Source: Tubulanus polymorphus (Eukaryota; Animalia; Nemertea). Taken from it: a DNA stretch of 64,000 nucleotides. The stretch covers positions 12,860,850 to 12,924,849 of the forward strand of contig NC_134029.1 in the NCBI RefSeq assembly GCF_964204645.1. Reading direction: 5' to 3'. The notes under the pieces were generated by a model, which was not told the DNA's origin, made no database searches, and saw only the letters and a list, made by a program, of their open reading frames with translations. The position numbers were made by a program, and so were the translations under genes. Below are positions 63,201 through 64,000 of this stretch, piece after piece; the first letter of the stretch is position 1; each line of letters begins with the position of its first letter.

Positions 63201-64000
63201 TCTCATTAATCCATATATTCATAAATAGGAAGTATTAGTCACCAGTTAGTAAATATAATTCAACTTGCCTAACCATTTTTATCATAATTTCTTTCCATTT
63301 CAAATATAAGACCCACAATAACATTATACGTAGAACATTGTGTCTTTACACTTGCTAGGGTTCATTTGAGTTCTTAAGTTTGTAGTTAACAACAATCCAG
63401 ATAAATGCCAATGGAATAGTGGTGAGAGTTCTACCCTTTTGTTATTGTGGGTTGTTGTCACTCATAAACCCTCAAATTCTCAGTCTCACTCACTGGCAGT
63501 CATCATAATATAATTACTTCACCTCCTTTTTCTGAACAATTCTTAAATATGAACATGTGCATTGTATACATTGTAAACCTGAGGCCTGTTTTCCAAGAAT
63601 ACATACGAGACTCTTATTAATGTTTCAATACTGATATTGGCTTAGGCGGGAATGGGTTAATAGGCACAACAGGAGTAGACTATACACGAAACACATTTAT
63701 TTGAGAATTGCCATTTAAGATCTTCATGATCCCTAGATACTTTGATTCAGAGCATGTTTAGAAATCAGTTCCTTTTTGAAAAATAAATCAGAACTTAAAA
63801 AGTCAGAAAATAAGTCAGAAAATATAATTATTGTTTTTATTCAATCAGAAAATAAACACTTAATTTAAATAACAAATTCCAAAGTTTATTTTTCACTCTC
63901 ATTTGAATGCAGCTATAGATTATATTTTTAACAAATATACTTACAAATCAAAAATCGAAAATGTATACCTTATTCATGAATAACTAACTTGCCAGCAAAA
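60234..64000 (-). mobile_element. Chapaev-type (CMC group) DNA transposon; one terminus CACGGTG at 60234, other end not seen
   Basis: CACGGTG lies exactly where the tandem array is truncated, 79 bp beyond the transposase stop. Confidence 0.65.
60313..63012 (-). CDS. Chapaev-like DDE transposase (RAG1/Transib-related core) with inserted PHD-like finger; true start uncertain
   Basis: VGIDKGGG (D1), LIGDY (D2), CLWC and KMHMLIYH (zinc ligands), LHISLG, RQAYH..FVGNH, GEQGLESKH (E); 899-codon open frame beginning at TTG. Confidence 0.85.
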   Translation of the reverse strand: MSESVSSQFSPQSQTSFDEKESNIQPPFTSTPFTSPVMYVPSTNVETSVPTYHFKEDRSCQTENTATENKQEIKIKLLESKMRQIESEKLVLQSENVNSAEQIKIKDQKLEELGLQNQILQYEQYESLIRNKSLLEICGGNMNSIFDARHLTKSRPEKFCKLSIPNVPSSAASSQTLEARALTMKNVLDTISAKPINSYQSSITLSTFLSHNPKLSKSAIDHSQQLHLLKPLTASQSVELKLALRLPMRRLFDLKRVLKSYGTPIFPSANKIRQEILQRGKSFTPYITVGQTELEVNSRTHEKKTAPHATLTNLKLQIQRTVQNLSDRKKMSFHPNFHNEVWVKVGIDKGGGSTKMIYSVINGEGNNSADASEMIGYFEGTDIVENMRTVFGIFKDEIDANDITISTMIDNRKLDLPVRMFLIGDYAYLCNCMGHQGPSATYPCLWCQVKLEDLRKKNRTPHNPSSHPYQNRTIASYLENSSKSPQSFGPETLSISSSMLFKPSDMLHLVPPVLHISLGLGHRFFEMMENKCKEHDQTNLRESNPELNKKWQDQSEVVSKLRLEIESKQLSFESSSQLLNLMKISHRKGSSVIDCTASICFIRSIENANPNEYTYCVDCNLPFHKQCVSNPDEFRCIECFTGRKPSADSIIKKQNIIITKLKKDISTLKTQIAPEQSLLNEIFKEINSIQGPTQKKLNNILSEIGIDRQAYHSNSFVGNHIHKMFKIDESKGINNPRKLCEALEFDPATQSLFQLLFEKFHSIYTLYTANRFLENSEVEELGRLCDDFGMWYPNAFPDTNITPKMHMLIYHVPEFVRVWRTIGMFGEQGLESKHASVNKDGRLYCTIRDNILRTKLIFINQGLYTTKTLSIETVPRKCLCGGFFITKQNERKCQKCSKS

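Overview
Eukaryotic (probably marine invertebrate; inference) genomic DNA made almost entirely of nested transposable elements. The only recognisable host sequence is the first coding exon of an RIIAD1-like gene (6984-7109, minus). Left to right: (1) a spliced Mutator (MULE)-type transposase with SWIM and PHD fingers. (2) A family of non-autonomous DNA elements with short TAG... terminal inverted repeats (TIRs), subterminal hairpins and 9-10 bp target-site duplications (TSDs): 7356-43069, 26873-43026 nested in it, 57666-58513, plus orphan ends; a CAT...-ended MITE with 9-bp TSDs also occurs twice. (3) Four LTR retrotransposons inside two of those elements: a Gypsy with 2-kb LTRs and an extra C2H2 zinc-finger ORF, a gag-less chromodomain Gypsy nested in its 3' LTR, and two BEL/Pao elements. 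(4) Satellites, MITEs, a DIRS-like relic and a BEL fragment. (5) An AT-rich virus/Polinton-like island with palindromes. (6) A Chapaev-type (RAG1/Transib-related) transposase with an inserted PHD-like finger. The most interesting signals are the hairpin-ended elements receiving insertions at mirror-image positions at the base of their terminal hairpins, the zinc-finger ORF3 Gypsy, and the gag-less multi-chromodomain Gypsy. All family assignments come from motif recognition by eye; no database search was run.
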